34,353 nucleotides of DNA from Candidatus Hydrogenedentota bacterium (GTDB taxonomy: Bacteria > Hydrogenedentota > Hydrogenedentia > Hydrogenedentales > SLHB01): the NCBI GenBank assembly GCA_045863335.1, contig BTVY01000059.1:1-34353 (forward strand), in the 5' to 3' direction. The position numbers and the translations under genes are program-made. The notes under the pieces were generated by a model. It was not told where the DNA came from. It ran no database searches and was given only the letters and a program-made list of their open reading frames with translations. This document shows, one piece after another, positions 19,901 to 27,810 of this stretch. Each line of letters opens with the position of its first letter. The first letter of the stretch is position 1.

Positions 19901-20897
19901 CAATGTAGTCGGAGGCCATTCCCTGGTAGCTGCCGTCTTCCGCGACGAATTCGAAGGGCGCAAATTCCGGGTCGATACCGAGTCGGATTGCGGGGTGCGC
20001 TTCGATCCAGTTTTGTTCGGCTTCGGTGAGTTCGACCCACTGCGGCACAACCGCGTACTTCGCGATGATGGCCCTGATCTCGGGCGCGGTGAGACTGTCG
20101 ATGGCCCGGTTCAATATCTCCACGAGGGGAGCGTAATCGGCTCGGACGCCGATGGAGAGTTGAAAGGAATCGAGTTCCGCGCACCAGACCGGCTTGAGTC
20201 CAGTGATCACATTGCGATCGATTACATATGAGGAAACAGCCGTGTTTCCGATGTACGCATCGGCGTCGCCGTTGTCCACGGCAAGCAAGGCCTGCAACGC
20301 GTTGGAAAACTTCGATAGCCGAATCTCGGGATACTCCGATTGCAGAATCTCCTGGGTGTAGTAGCCGCTTTCGACGGAAACCACTTTTCCTGCCAGGCCG
20401 TCCAGGTCCGCGATATCGAGGTTTTCGGACTGCACGTAGATCGCGTGGGGGAAGCGCCACAGCGGTTTTGTGAACAGGAACTCTCTCTTGCGGTCCGGGC
20501 TGACGCCCATGCCTGGGCACACATCCAGTTCGTGGTTGCGCAACATCTTGTAGAGTTCCGGCCACGGACCGGTTACGTACTCGACTTCCAAGCCGGTGCG
20601 ACGACAAAGCTCGGTCAGTAGGTCAGCGCTGATACCCGTATAGATACCGTCTGCGTTAACGAATTCAAACGGAGGCCAATCCTGGGTGGCTGCCACCCGG
20701 ATCGCGGGGTGCTCCCGGACCCAGGCCTGTTCGGATTCGGAAAGGGGAATGGAGGAATTCGGGCCATTCGACGCGCGAATCGGAGGAGCGGGGTCGACCG
20801 GCGCGTTCCCGTCCAGCGGTGCGGACAGGGCGGAGAACCGCAGCGACGAAATCGCTGCCAGTGCCATAACGACAAAGAAATCCCGGTAACGTCCCAC
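16992..20897 (-). CDS. BvgS/EvgS-like membrane hybrid sensor kinase (2x periplasmic solute-binding domain, TM, 2x PAS, HK, REC)
   Basis: DWPPFEF and PEFAPFEF solute-binding domains, TM AVAAALFFFLLFGL, H-box FLANMSHEIRTPMN, GGTGLGL, REC VLVIDD..DLVMP..KPF. Confidence 0.93.
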   Translation of the reverse strand: MGRYRDFFVVMALAAISSLRFSALSAPLDGNAPVDPAPPIRASNGPNSSIPLSESEQAWVREHPAIRVAATQDWPPFEFVNADGIYTGISADLLTELCRRTGLEVEYVTGPWPELYKMLRNHELDVCPGMGVSPDRKREFLFTKPLWRFPHAIYVQSENLDIADLDGLAGKVVSVESGYYTQEILQSEYPEIRLSKFSNALQALLAVDNGDADAYIGNTAVSSYVIDRNVITGLKPVWCAELDSFQLSIGVRADYAPLVEILNRAIDSLTAPEIRAIIAKYAVVPQWVELTEAEQNWIEAHPAIRLGIDPEFAPFEFVAEDGSYQGMASDYIDLLNQRLGIALQVVHDRSWEEASSLAMAHELDVLPCVATTEERAERFLFTDPYLSFYRVAVTRVDAPLVAGIGDLAKMRVAVQANSSHHGFLVENSSLSPVLFDTVQDTLAAVSRGEVDAAVGNVATITYWIRKLGLTNIRIAAPVDQGENTLHFAVRNDWPELVSILNKGLASITEEEAHAIRQKWVGVSVEPGLSPQRVLRYTVAAVAAALFFFLLFGLHNHRLRKEIRSRRAAEAARNQTESDYRTLVESANSVILRMKTDGTVTFINAFGERFFGFPSGELLGKKILDTIVPESESQGRDLRALMEDLARDPDRYVINENENITRSGERVWVAWTNRPLYGPKGNIEEILCVGSDMTARKRAESILFRYEFIVNTVDDMMSVIDSDGRYEVVNSAWCAAMSMERQNVIGKSISEVWPPEAAQNHIWPDLGRCLNGEVVSYESTVEFPARGERSCEVTMYPCADASGRVTHALVVTHDVTDWRTAQAALKEAKQSAEAANRAKSTFLANMSHEIRTPMNAILGYTQLLRRELGQYPDQRHALEAIGRSGDHLLTLIDDVLEMSRIEAGRIELHPSTFNFHALLHDLETMFRVRTNGKGVELVTDIDSNVPQYVVADESRVRQILVNLVGNAVKFTDRGRITIRASAITRAQNGEVTLDIDVEDTGCGIDPGDWDAIFESFEQAGPTAQRRGGTGLGLPISRSFARLMDGDITVSSEPGKGSRFQFEMRAGIGDPSLVESRDSACFVKRLRPRYGEQRVLVIDDRQTNRDLLCRLLEKVGFNTRAAEDGERGVRAFVDWKPQIVLVDLVMPVMNGRDAIGKMRAAQSGRPACIIAVTASTLEDERAAVLAQGADAFLRKPFRENDLFELIRIHGNVEFDYEDEVVETTGPDPVASADLARRALRHLPVGVRHKLRNAIVTGSIDEAYAIAEDVRESAPGLAALISQRAEEFALHNLEALFPDEEDDQ

Positions 20898-21555
20898 GAT
20901 GTGGTATCCCTCGGCTACTCAGCTACAAGGAACTCCGGTAGTATGCCAATAGTAAGTTTAGCAGATTTGGGGGGTGTTTGGGGCGGACATTTCGAGATGA
21001 TCCACAGTTTCCGTGTGGAAAATACTGGAATTTCTCTCTGCCTGTCGCATTGGGCGAGTGGATGAAGACCTGGCGTATGATCCAGGGTCCTCGCACGCAT
21101 AAAGGCAAGCGTGTGGTAAGTTCGCGGTGCACGGAGTCTTATTCAAAGATTTGGAATGACGGAATCGGCTACGGTGTGCGTGCGAGCAGTCCTTCTCTGT
21201 GCGCGTGCATGATTCTCCCGGGGATGGTTCTCTCCGCCAATCGGGGCGTTGCGCGTCGGCTTTCCGGACGGCTGTGCCATCCCAGGAAGGTCGTAACTAT
21301 TGCGACTGCGATAATCGTAGGATGGTGAGACTCCTCATACCGAATGGCGTCCCTCTCGTTGTTTTGCATCAAGCGCTAAAGGGCCAGAGTAGATTGGCGG
21401 CAAATTTGTAGCTAGGAATCCTTATCAGATATGGTAGTATAAAATTGGTGGTTTTGTGCTGAGGGGTTTGGCCCTCGAATGCTTTCTGGCTTCGAGGCCT
21501 CGAGTTCAATTGGGGTATACCATTTGCAGGGTCTAGGTGCGAGATTGGTAGGTCG

Positions 21556-22026
21556 ATGATGAACATCAACGGTGCGGCAGTCTGGGACATGGACGATCGG
21601 ATGGATGCATTTGTAACTGCGTGCAAGCAAAACGGGCTGCGGCTCACCCACCAAAGGCTTGAGATTTACCGGGAACTGATGGCGGCCAAGGATCATCCGA
21701 GCGCGGAGATGGTTTACACGCGGGTCCGTAAGCGGATTCCCACGATCTCGTTGGACACAGTTTACCGGACGCTAGGCAGCCTGGAGGAATGCAATATCAT
21801 TGGCCGGGTAGGCGCGTCGACATCGAGCGCGCGATTTGAATCGAATCCCTTTCCACACGATCATTTCATATGCGATGGGTGCGGAGAAATCCGCGATGTG
21901 TATGCGTCTGAATTGAATCGCGAGGCGTTGGTGCGGGCCGTTCCCGAAGCGTACGTGGTACGTTCCAGCCACGTCGAGTTGCGCGGGTTCTGCCCGGCGT
22001 GCGGGCAGGACGGGGGCAGCGCCTGA
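21556..22026 (+). CDS. Fur-family transcriptional regulator (PerR-like); start may be 21589 or 21601
   Basis: GLRLTHQR, DHPSAE, ISLDTVYRTL, HDHFICDGCG, GFCPAC. Confidence 0.92.
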   Translation: MMNINGAAVWDMDDRMDAFVTACKQNGLRLTHQRLEIYRELMAAKDHPSAEMVYTRVRKRIPTISLDTVYRTLGSLEECNIIGRVGASTSSARFESNPFPHDHFICDGCGEIRDVYASELNREALVRAVPEAYVVRSSHVELRGFCPACGQDGGSA

Positions 22027-22179
22027 TCGTACCCACTCGGGGGGGGGCGCCGGACCTTCCCCGGCAATGCCCTGAATTCCGTATCTCGTCCGCGCGAACG
22101 TGTTTTGTTCCTTGCCGGTTCGCGAATTGGCGGAGAACATTGCGGTCCGGGCGCCTCGTTCATCGGAAAACGATCGGAC

Positions 22180-23190
22180 TCAAGGGGTGTCGTCGAAATC
22201 CAGCAGCGCGCGATAGAAGGCGTTGATGTTCTCGATGGGAGTGCCGGGAGGGATGTCGCAGCCGGACGAGAGGACGAAGTTCGGGTATTCGCGGGTGCGG
22301 TTCAGCAGGTCAGTCGTGGTCGAGTACACGTGGTCTGCCGTCCCGTTTCGGAATGCCCCGGCAGGGTCGATGTTTCCACATACCAGTACGTTCTCCGGTA
22401 CCTGCGGTAGGATATCGAGCATGTTGACCGCGTTGCCGACGTGAATGCAGCGCACTCCGGTGCCCACCATGGACGCGATGGATTGGGTGACTTGACCGCA
22501 ATTGTGCAGGATGACAAGGAACGATTCGTCCTGAACGGCATCGACAATTCCTGCAATGAATCGCGATGAGAATGCTTCGCATTGCTGCGGAGCCAGGAGT
22601 CCCGCCGCCGGTTCCGCCATGATGACGCCGCCCGCGCCACAAGCTTTGAAGGCTCGTGCGTACTGGATCTGAAACGCCGTACAGCGCTCGAGGAGGTTCG
22701 CGACGCAGTCTGGTTCGAGCATGAGATCCAGCATGATCTCGGTCATGTTCCGCAGGCGTACGGCGAGGGAGAAGGGTCCGATCATTCCTGCGAACACCGG
22801 CCGGTCACAGAAGTGTTTGGCCAGGCGTTCGGCCGCATCGAGGTAGACGCCCGTTCGTGCCGCACCGATTTCGGGCACGGCCAGTTGCGACTGGTCCGCA
22901 GGGGACTGTATGCACGGCGCGGTAACCGTGGGGATATCGTCGTCATGAAATGCGACGCGGCACCCGAACGCTTCGGCTTCGACGGAGAGATCCATGGGCG
23001 CGAGCACGGCGATGGTGGGATAAGTTTCGTTGAGCGCGCGAATGCACGCGACCTGGGCGTCGGCGCGCGTGACTACGTCCCTGACGGTCCCGCCAGCGAA
23101 GACCAGGCCGGGATAGCTCATGATGGGCATGGCGGATCGTGCGGAACGCTTTCGAATTTGGTCAATCCATGCGGCGCCGCGGTTTCCCAT
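22180..23190 (-). CDS. Uroporphyrinogen decarboxylase family / MtaA-CmuA-like methyltransferase
   Basis: DLSVEAEAFG, GPFSLA, ILHNCG, GNIDP, SSGCDIPPGTP. Confidence 0.88.
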   Translation of the reverse strand: MGNRGAAWIDQIRKRSARSAMPIMSYPGLVFAGGTVRDVVTRADAQVACIRALNETYPTIAVLAPMDLSVEAEAFGCRVAFHDDDIPTVTAPCIQSPADQSQLAVPEIGAARTGVYLDAAERLAKHFCDRPVFAGMIGPFSLAVRLRNMTEIMLDLMLEPDCVANLLERCTAFQIQYARAFKACGAGGVIMAEPAAGLLAPQQCEAFSSRFIAGIVDAVQDESFLVILHNCGQVTQSIASMVGTGVRCIHVGNAVNMLDILPQVPENVLVCGNIDPAGAFRNGTADHVYSTTTDLLNRTREYPNFVLSSGCDIPPGTPIENINAFYRALLDFDDTP

Positions 23191-23240
23191 AGGTTACTAC
23201 CCGAAACGATCCCTCTCGTGACATGTCACGATTCCGCGGC

Positions 23241-24134
23241 CTACTTGTTAGCGTGCTTTTTGCCGAGGCGGTACTTCACGGGGTCCGCGGTGTCCGATGC
23301 CCATTCGCGGCCCGGGGCCAATTCGCCGCTCGCTTCGAGGGAAAAGGAGACATCGATCCTACGGCCCAAACGGACGATTGGATTGCCGTTCTTTCTGTCC
23401 AAGAATCCCCGGAAGGGGGCTTTCATCTCCGCCTCATGGCCATCGTCGGACAGGCCAATCTCGATGATGCCCTGATAGACTGGCCCTTTGTCCAGGACCC
23501 ATACGATGGCAGCGCCGTTGGGGAGAATGATCTCGTTGGGGAAACCGGTCGGGAAATCCCAGTAGACCCACTGGGTATACCAGTCGTAGGTGCCGGGGCG
23601 AAGTTTGACCCACCCGTTGGACTGTTGTTGCTGGGCCTGCTGGAATTCGGCCAGGTTGCGGCAGCCGTGATTCAGGTAGTGCCCCGTGTTGAAGGCGCCG
23701 TTGTAAAACTCGACTTCCATGTTCATGTCGTAGCCGGGGGTCGTCGGGTAGTAGCCGCCTTCGTGCAACCAGTATCCGGTTTCGTCCTTGTTATCCACGT
23801 CAATCGTCACGATCACATAGAACCGGCCGGGAGTGCCTTGGGCCTCGTTCTGAGTGCGGCCGATGATGCCGCCGGAGCGGAAGTAGGCGTAGAGGTTTTC
23901 CTCGTCGTGCGCGATCTTGAATTCGAGCAAGTCGACATCGGGATGGGACACGGGCAGGGGCACATCGAATTGCTGATCGTGGTCCGTGTCGTGGGTGTCA
24001 TTGGGCGGATCGAAATGGGACCGGACCTTCTGCCAGTCGTCGAATTCGCCGTCGATTGTGATTTCGCGAATCTTGCCGGCCCAAGCCATGCCACAAGTCG
24101 CTACGATGATTGATACTGTGAAGACTCTCCCCAT
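23241..24134 (-). CDS. Secreted hypothetical protein, paralog of 25245-26366
   Basis: RBS GGAG, signal peptide, ITIDGEFDDW start typical of CBM9/DOMON-like domains, long identical blocks shared with the paralog. Confidence 0.85.
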   Translation of the reverse strand: MGRVFTVSIIVATCGMAWAGKIREITIDGEFDDWQKVRSHFDPPNDTHDTDHDQQFDVPLPVSHPDVDLLEFKIAHDEENLYAYFRSGGIIGRTQNEAQGTPGRFYVIVTIDVDNKDETGYWLHEGGYYPTTPGYDMNMEVEFYNGAFNTGHYLNHGCRNLAEFQQAQQQQSNGWVKLRPGTYDWYTQWVYWDFPTGFPNEIILPNGAAIVWVLDKGPVYQGIIEIGLSDDGHEAEMKAPFRGFLDRKNGNPIVRLGRRIDVSFSLEASGELAPGREWASDTADPVKYRLGKKHANK

Positions 24135-24363
24135 GACGCTCTCCCTGGTTTACGGCTACCACCGTATCTGGTTCGCGCTGGCCAGATGCTGGCGCAGCTT
24201 GCGCGCCGCCTTGACACGTTTGCCCCCAATTGCAGCGGCATCTGCTGAGCGTGAGTATACTCCGGCGGAGCGTAAACGCAAAACCACCGCCGCCATGGAA
24301 CACGGGAGGCGGCGAGTTGGCGGCAGGGACATCAGAGACGGCAGAGAGCTTGCGTTCTTGACG

Positions 24364-25116
24364 CTAGTCCGCAGGACGTATTGAATCGCGGGTCCGGCGG
24401 AAATCCCGGAGAAACACGAGTGTCATGAGATAGATCATGAAGGTATAGTAGATGAAGAACTCGCGAAACTCTGAAAGGTTGCCGCGGGAGATGGCGCCAA
24501 CCTGGCCCAGAGGCCCGGCGATCTCACGCTCGCGCTCGCCCAGTTCGTGGACCACGAACCGCATGGCCACCATGCAAAGCAGGGTAAGGGTAAACCATTT
24601 GTCCGGCGCCAGGTAGCGGATGAGTGCGAAACGGCTTCGACCGCAGGCCCAGGCGACGATGAGGAACAACACGACCAAGCCGACGTCTACGGCGCGTTTC
24701 ATGATGTCCGTTACGTCGCCCTGGTTGTGAAGGTTGCGCACGTCGGCGGACTCATACCATTCGATACCGTGGATGTATTCGTAGTAGTGGAGGCCGTAGT
24801 CGATCTCTTCGAGGAAGATGAAGGCCGCGAACAGGGCTACCAACGTGAAGCCGGCTTTTTCCCAGCGCAAGGGCTTTCGCCAGGCCGCCCAGGCGCATGT
24901 CCCGATCATGATGAGGATTAGCAGGTGCTGGACGTTCTCCAGCAGTCCAAATTCGCGTCCGGAGTCGGGGCGCATGTCGTTGAAACTATGCGGCGCGATG
25001 ATGGACTGAAAGCAGTCGTTCCCCGAGAAGTACATGGCCGCCATGATTCCGTTTACGGTGAGCGGGACGACGGCAAAGATGAGAAGTTTACTGGATACGT
25101 GCTTTACACTTAACAT
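24364..25116 (-). CDS. Multi-pass membrane hypothetical protein
   Basis: About 6 hydrophobic segments; motifs GLLENVQ, FLEEIDYG, RNLHNQ. Confidence 0.8.
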   Translation of the reverse strand: MLSVKHVSSKLLIFAVVPLTVNGIMAAMYFSGNDCFQSIIAPHSFNDMRPDSGREFGLLENVQHLLILIMIGTCAWAAWRKPLRWEKAGFTLVALFAAFIFLEEIDYGLHYYEYIHGIEWYESADVRNLHNQGDVTDIMKRAVDVGLVVLFLIVAWACGRSRFALIRYLAPDKWFTLTLLCMVAMRFVVHELGEREREIAGPLGQVGAISRGNLSEFREFFIYYTFMIYLMTLVFLRDFRRTRDSIRPAD

Positions 25117-25244
25117 GATACGACAGCGCCGGCCTTAGACCCTTCGGCCTGAAGCGCGGCGTTACCCCCTGAATCCCAATACCGCCGATATCGTCGTCGC
25201 CACAACGACGATCGGGGATTCACCCTGCAACAAAGTCGGTCCGG

Positions 25245-26366
25245 TTAGTCGGCCGAGAACGTGCTGATCGTAACCGGTACCGGGAAACTTCCCGAATCCC
25301 GCGGATCGGTCCCCGCGGTTTGCTCCTGAAGATTGGTAAAGGTATCGCCATCGGGATCGCCGCTGGCGCCGTGATCGACATCCGTGGACCCGTCGTCGTT
25401 GGGATTCAACGCGTAGTCGGCTTCCCATCCGTCGAGAAGAAGGTCACCGTCGCTGTCCTCCGTGGGCAGTGCGAGGTAGTAGCCGTTCAGCGGGTCTGCG
25501 GTATCCGACGCCCACTGTGCGCCGACGGCCAATTCGCCGCTTGCTTCGAGCGAGAACGAGGCGTCGATGGTTTTACCGAGGGCCATGATGGCGTTGGCGG
25601 GGGCGTTCTTGTCTTTCATGAACCCGCGGAAGGGGGCCATCATTTCCGCCTCGTGTTTGTCGGCAGAAAGTTCGATGGTGATGATGCCCTGGTACACGGG
25701 ACCCTTGTCCATGACCCAAACGATGGCACTGCCGTCTGGTAGTATGATTTGGTCGGGATCGCCCGGTGGCGTGTCCCACCAGACCCACTGGGTGTAATAC
25801 TCGTAGGTTCCGGGGCGCACATCGACGACGCCATTGGACTGGTCCGTCTGGGCCTGTGCGTACTCGGTGGCGTCCAGGCAGCCGTGGTTCAGGTAATGCC
25901 CCGTGTTGAAGGCCGCATCGAAGTATTCAACCTCCATGTTCATGTCGTAGCCCGGGGTGGTTGGGTAGTATCCGCCTTCGTGGAGCGGGTATCCGGTGGC
26001 GTCGTTGTTGTCCACGTCGATCGTGACGATGACGTAGTAGCGGCCCGCCGTGCCGGAGCCGGAACTTTGCGTCCGGCCGATTTCCCCCGTTGCTTTGAAG
26101 TAGGCGTAGAGGTTATTTTCGTCGTGGGTGAATTTGAACTCGATGAGGTCCACGTCTTCGTGATCGACGTAGGCGGGCGTATCCCCGGGCAGGTTGTGAT
26201 CCGTGTCGTGCTGGTCGTCGACGGGATCCGTGTAGGCGGGCACGTACTGCCAGTCCGTGAAACTCCCGTCGATGGTGATGCGCGAGACCGGCTCGGCGTG
26301 AGCAATTCCGAAACCGGCCAGGCACAGTCCCAGAACAGACACTAGCATTCGGTTCATCGTTTTCAC
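25245..26366 (-). CDS. Secreted hypothetical protein with C-terminal Ca-binding DxDGD repeats, paralog of 23241-24134
   Basis: Signal peptide, shared core domain, DSDGDLLLDGWE..LNPND..DPDGD..NLQE..GTDP, ending in PVPVTISTFSAD. Confidence 0.85.
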   Translation of the reverse strand: MKTMNRMLVSVLGLCLAGFGIAHAEPVSRITIDGSFTDWQYVPAYTDPVDDQHDTDHNLPGDTPAYVDHEDVDLIEFKFTHDENNLYAYFKATGEIGRTQSSGSGTAGRYYVIVTIDVDNNDATGYPLHEGGYYPTTPGYDMNMEVEYFDAAFNTGHYLNHGCLDATEYAQAQTDQSNGVVDVRPGTYEYYTQWVWWDTPPGDPDQIILPDGSAIVWVMDKGPVYQGIITIELSADKHEAEMMAPFRGFMKDKNAPANAIMALGKTIDASFSLEASGELAVGAQWASDTADPLNGYYLALPTEDSDGDLLLDGWEADYALNPNDDGSTDVDHGASGDPDGDTFTNLQEQTAGTDPRDSGSFPVPVTISTFSAD

Positions 26367-26511
26367 TTCCCTACACCATTGGCTTGCATGATTACACCGG
26401 GGGCATCATACTACAAACAGGCGTTGGAATTCGCATCCTTTTTGCGAACGCGCGACCGTACGGTCTACAATCTGTTTCGAGACCGCAACCGGGATTTGTC
26501 CAGCGCTTCAG

Positions 26512-27666
26512 GTGGAGTTGAATCGTTTTGTGACCAGACCCATACCCCAGCATCGGATTCAGACGGCGTGTTTGCTTGCGCTGACCGCCATCGCGGTCGC
26601 GGCCGCCCTGTTCTGGATGCGTGCCGTAGTCGTCCCATTCGTTTACGCGTTATTCCTCGCGATCACGCTGACCCCGATTGTCCACACGATGACCCGCGTC
26701 ACGCGCATTCCTCACGTTGTGTCGGTGATCATCGCGCTCATTGCCGTCTTTGTGGTCGTCGCGGTGCTCGGCGGATTTATCTCGGTGTCGATCACGCAGT
26801 TTGCCCGGAATGTGGGCGCTTACCAGCGCCAATTTCAGACGCTGGTGAATGACATCGCTGAGCGATTGCCCCTGGCACAATTTGGAATCGATCCGGAGCG
26901 GGACATCGATTTCTTTTCGATCCTACCCGCCGGGACCGTGGAAGGCGTGCTGCGCAGCTTGACCGGTACGATCGCAAGCCTGCTTTCGAAAGGCTTGCTG
27001 GTCATGTTGTTTGCCCTGTTCATTCTGCTGGGCAATAAGGGGACGGGGAAACGCAGTACGGGCGCGCTGGGGGAGATCGAGAAACACATCAAGCGGTACA
27101 TCACCACGAAGGTTGCCCTTTCCGCGATCACGGGAGCGCTTGTGTACGCCACGCTCGAACTTCTGGGGGTTCAATTCGCGATCACCTTTGGCGCCTTTGC
27201 GTTTTTGCTGAATTTCATTCCCAATATCGGCTCGATTGTGGCAACCGTTCTGCCGCTCCCCATCGTGCTTCTGTCGCCGGAGCTTTCGCAAACGGCGAAG
27301 ATTCTAGCCATTCTGATTCCTGCAACGATTCAGTTTTCAATCGGCAGCGTGCTTGAACCGAAGATTATGGGGATGTCGCTGGATCTCCATCCAGCGGTGG
27401 TATTGCTCTCGCTGATTTTCTGGGGCATTCTGTGGGGATTTGAGGGAATGGTCTTGGCGGTACCTATTACGGCGATCATTCGCATGTCGTTGGAACGAAT
27501 CGATTCAACGGCGCCGATTGCCGGGTTGCTCGCCGGGCGGCTGGACGGTTTTCGGGAAGCGCAACGGCCGGCGACGGGGAGTGCCGCCGGTGGAAATGAA
27601 GACAGGCCGACCGGTATCCCGGACGGCCTGCGCAACGAAAGTGATGGTGCCGGAGAAGGGACTTGA
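26512..27666 (+). CDS. AI-2E family (UPF0118/PerM) transporter; start may be GTG 26530
   Basis: Multiple TM segments, LLNFIPNIGS, LEPKIMG.SLDLHP, FWGILWGFEGMVLAVP. Confidence 0.92.
   Translation: MELNRFVTRPIPQHRIQTACLLALTAIAVAAALFWMRAVVVPFVYALFLAITLTPIVHTMTRVTRIPHVVSVIIALIAVFVVVAVLGGFISVSITQFARNVGAYQRQFQTLVNDIAERLPLAQFGIDPERDIDFFSILPAGTVEGVLRSLTGTIASLLSKGLLVMLFALFILLGNKGTGKRSTGALGEIEKHIKRYITTKVALSAITGALVYATLELLGVQFAITFGAFAFLLNFIPNIGSIVATVLPLPIVLLSPELSQTAKILAILIPATIQFSIGSVLEPKIMGMSLDLHPAVVLLSLIFWGILWGFEGMVLAVPITAIIRMSLERIDSTAPIAGLLAGRLDGFREAQRPATGSAAGGNEDRPTGIPDGLRNESDGAGEGT
27603..27630 (-). terminator. Probable intrinsic terminator of tRNA-Leu
   Basis: Hairpin CAGGCCG.CCGG-loop-CCGG.CGGCCTG followed by tcttcattt on the minus strand, 15 nt after the CCA end. 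Confidence 0.6.
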
Positions 27667-27731
27667 ACCCCCACGGGCTTGCGCCCACACGGCCCTGAAC
27701 CGTGCGTGTCTGCCAATTTCACCACTCCGGC
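27645..27731 (-). tRNA. tRNA-Leu (anticodon CAG), 87 nt with encoded CCA
   Basis: Acceptor GCCGGAG/CTCCGGC, anticodon arm CACGG-TTCAGGG-CCGTG, long variable arm, GGTTCAAGTCC T-arm, ACCA end. Confidence 0.97.
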
Positions 27732-27767
27732 AAATCAAGCGATTTTGTGTGGTGTCAGCGAAGGCGG

Positions 27768-27797
27768 AGTGTACAACAGGGCCGCTGGGCGATGCAA
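27768..27797 (-). promoter_or_regulatory. Sigma70 promoter for tRNA-Leu
   Basis: TTGCAT-N18-TACACT followed by GC-rich discriminator ccgcc. Confidence 0.6.
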
Positions 27798-27810
27798 CTT
27801 TTTGTGCGGG

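Noticed and set aside
20898-21555. Small ORFs, riboswitch or oriC in the 660-bp divergent intergenic region
   Set aside because: No ORF has a convincing RBS or motif, I recognise no riboswitch consensus, and there are only two DnaA-like boxes with no dnaA/dnaN; an Rfam scan is needed to exclude an ncRNA
22180-23190. Gene symbol hemE
   Set aside because: It has the HxC..C zinc pattern of MtaA-like members, and I do not see the HemE N-terminal RQAGR motif
27645-27670. Genomic island integrated at tRNA-Leu
   Set aside because: I found no duplicate of the tRNA 3' end and no integrase in the window
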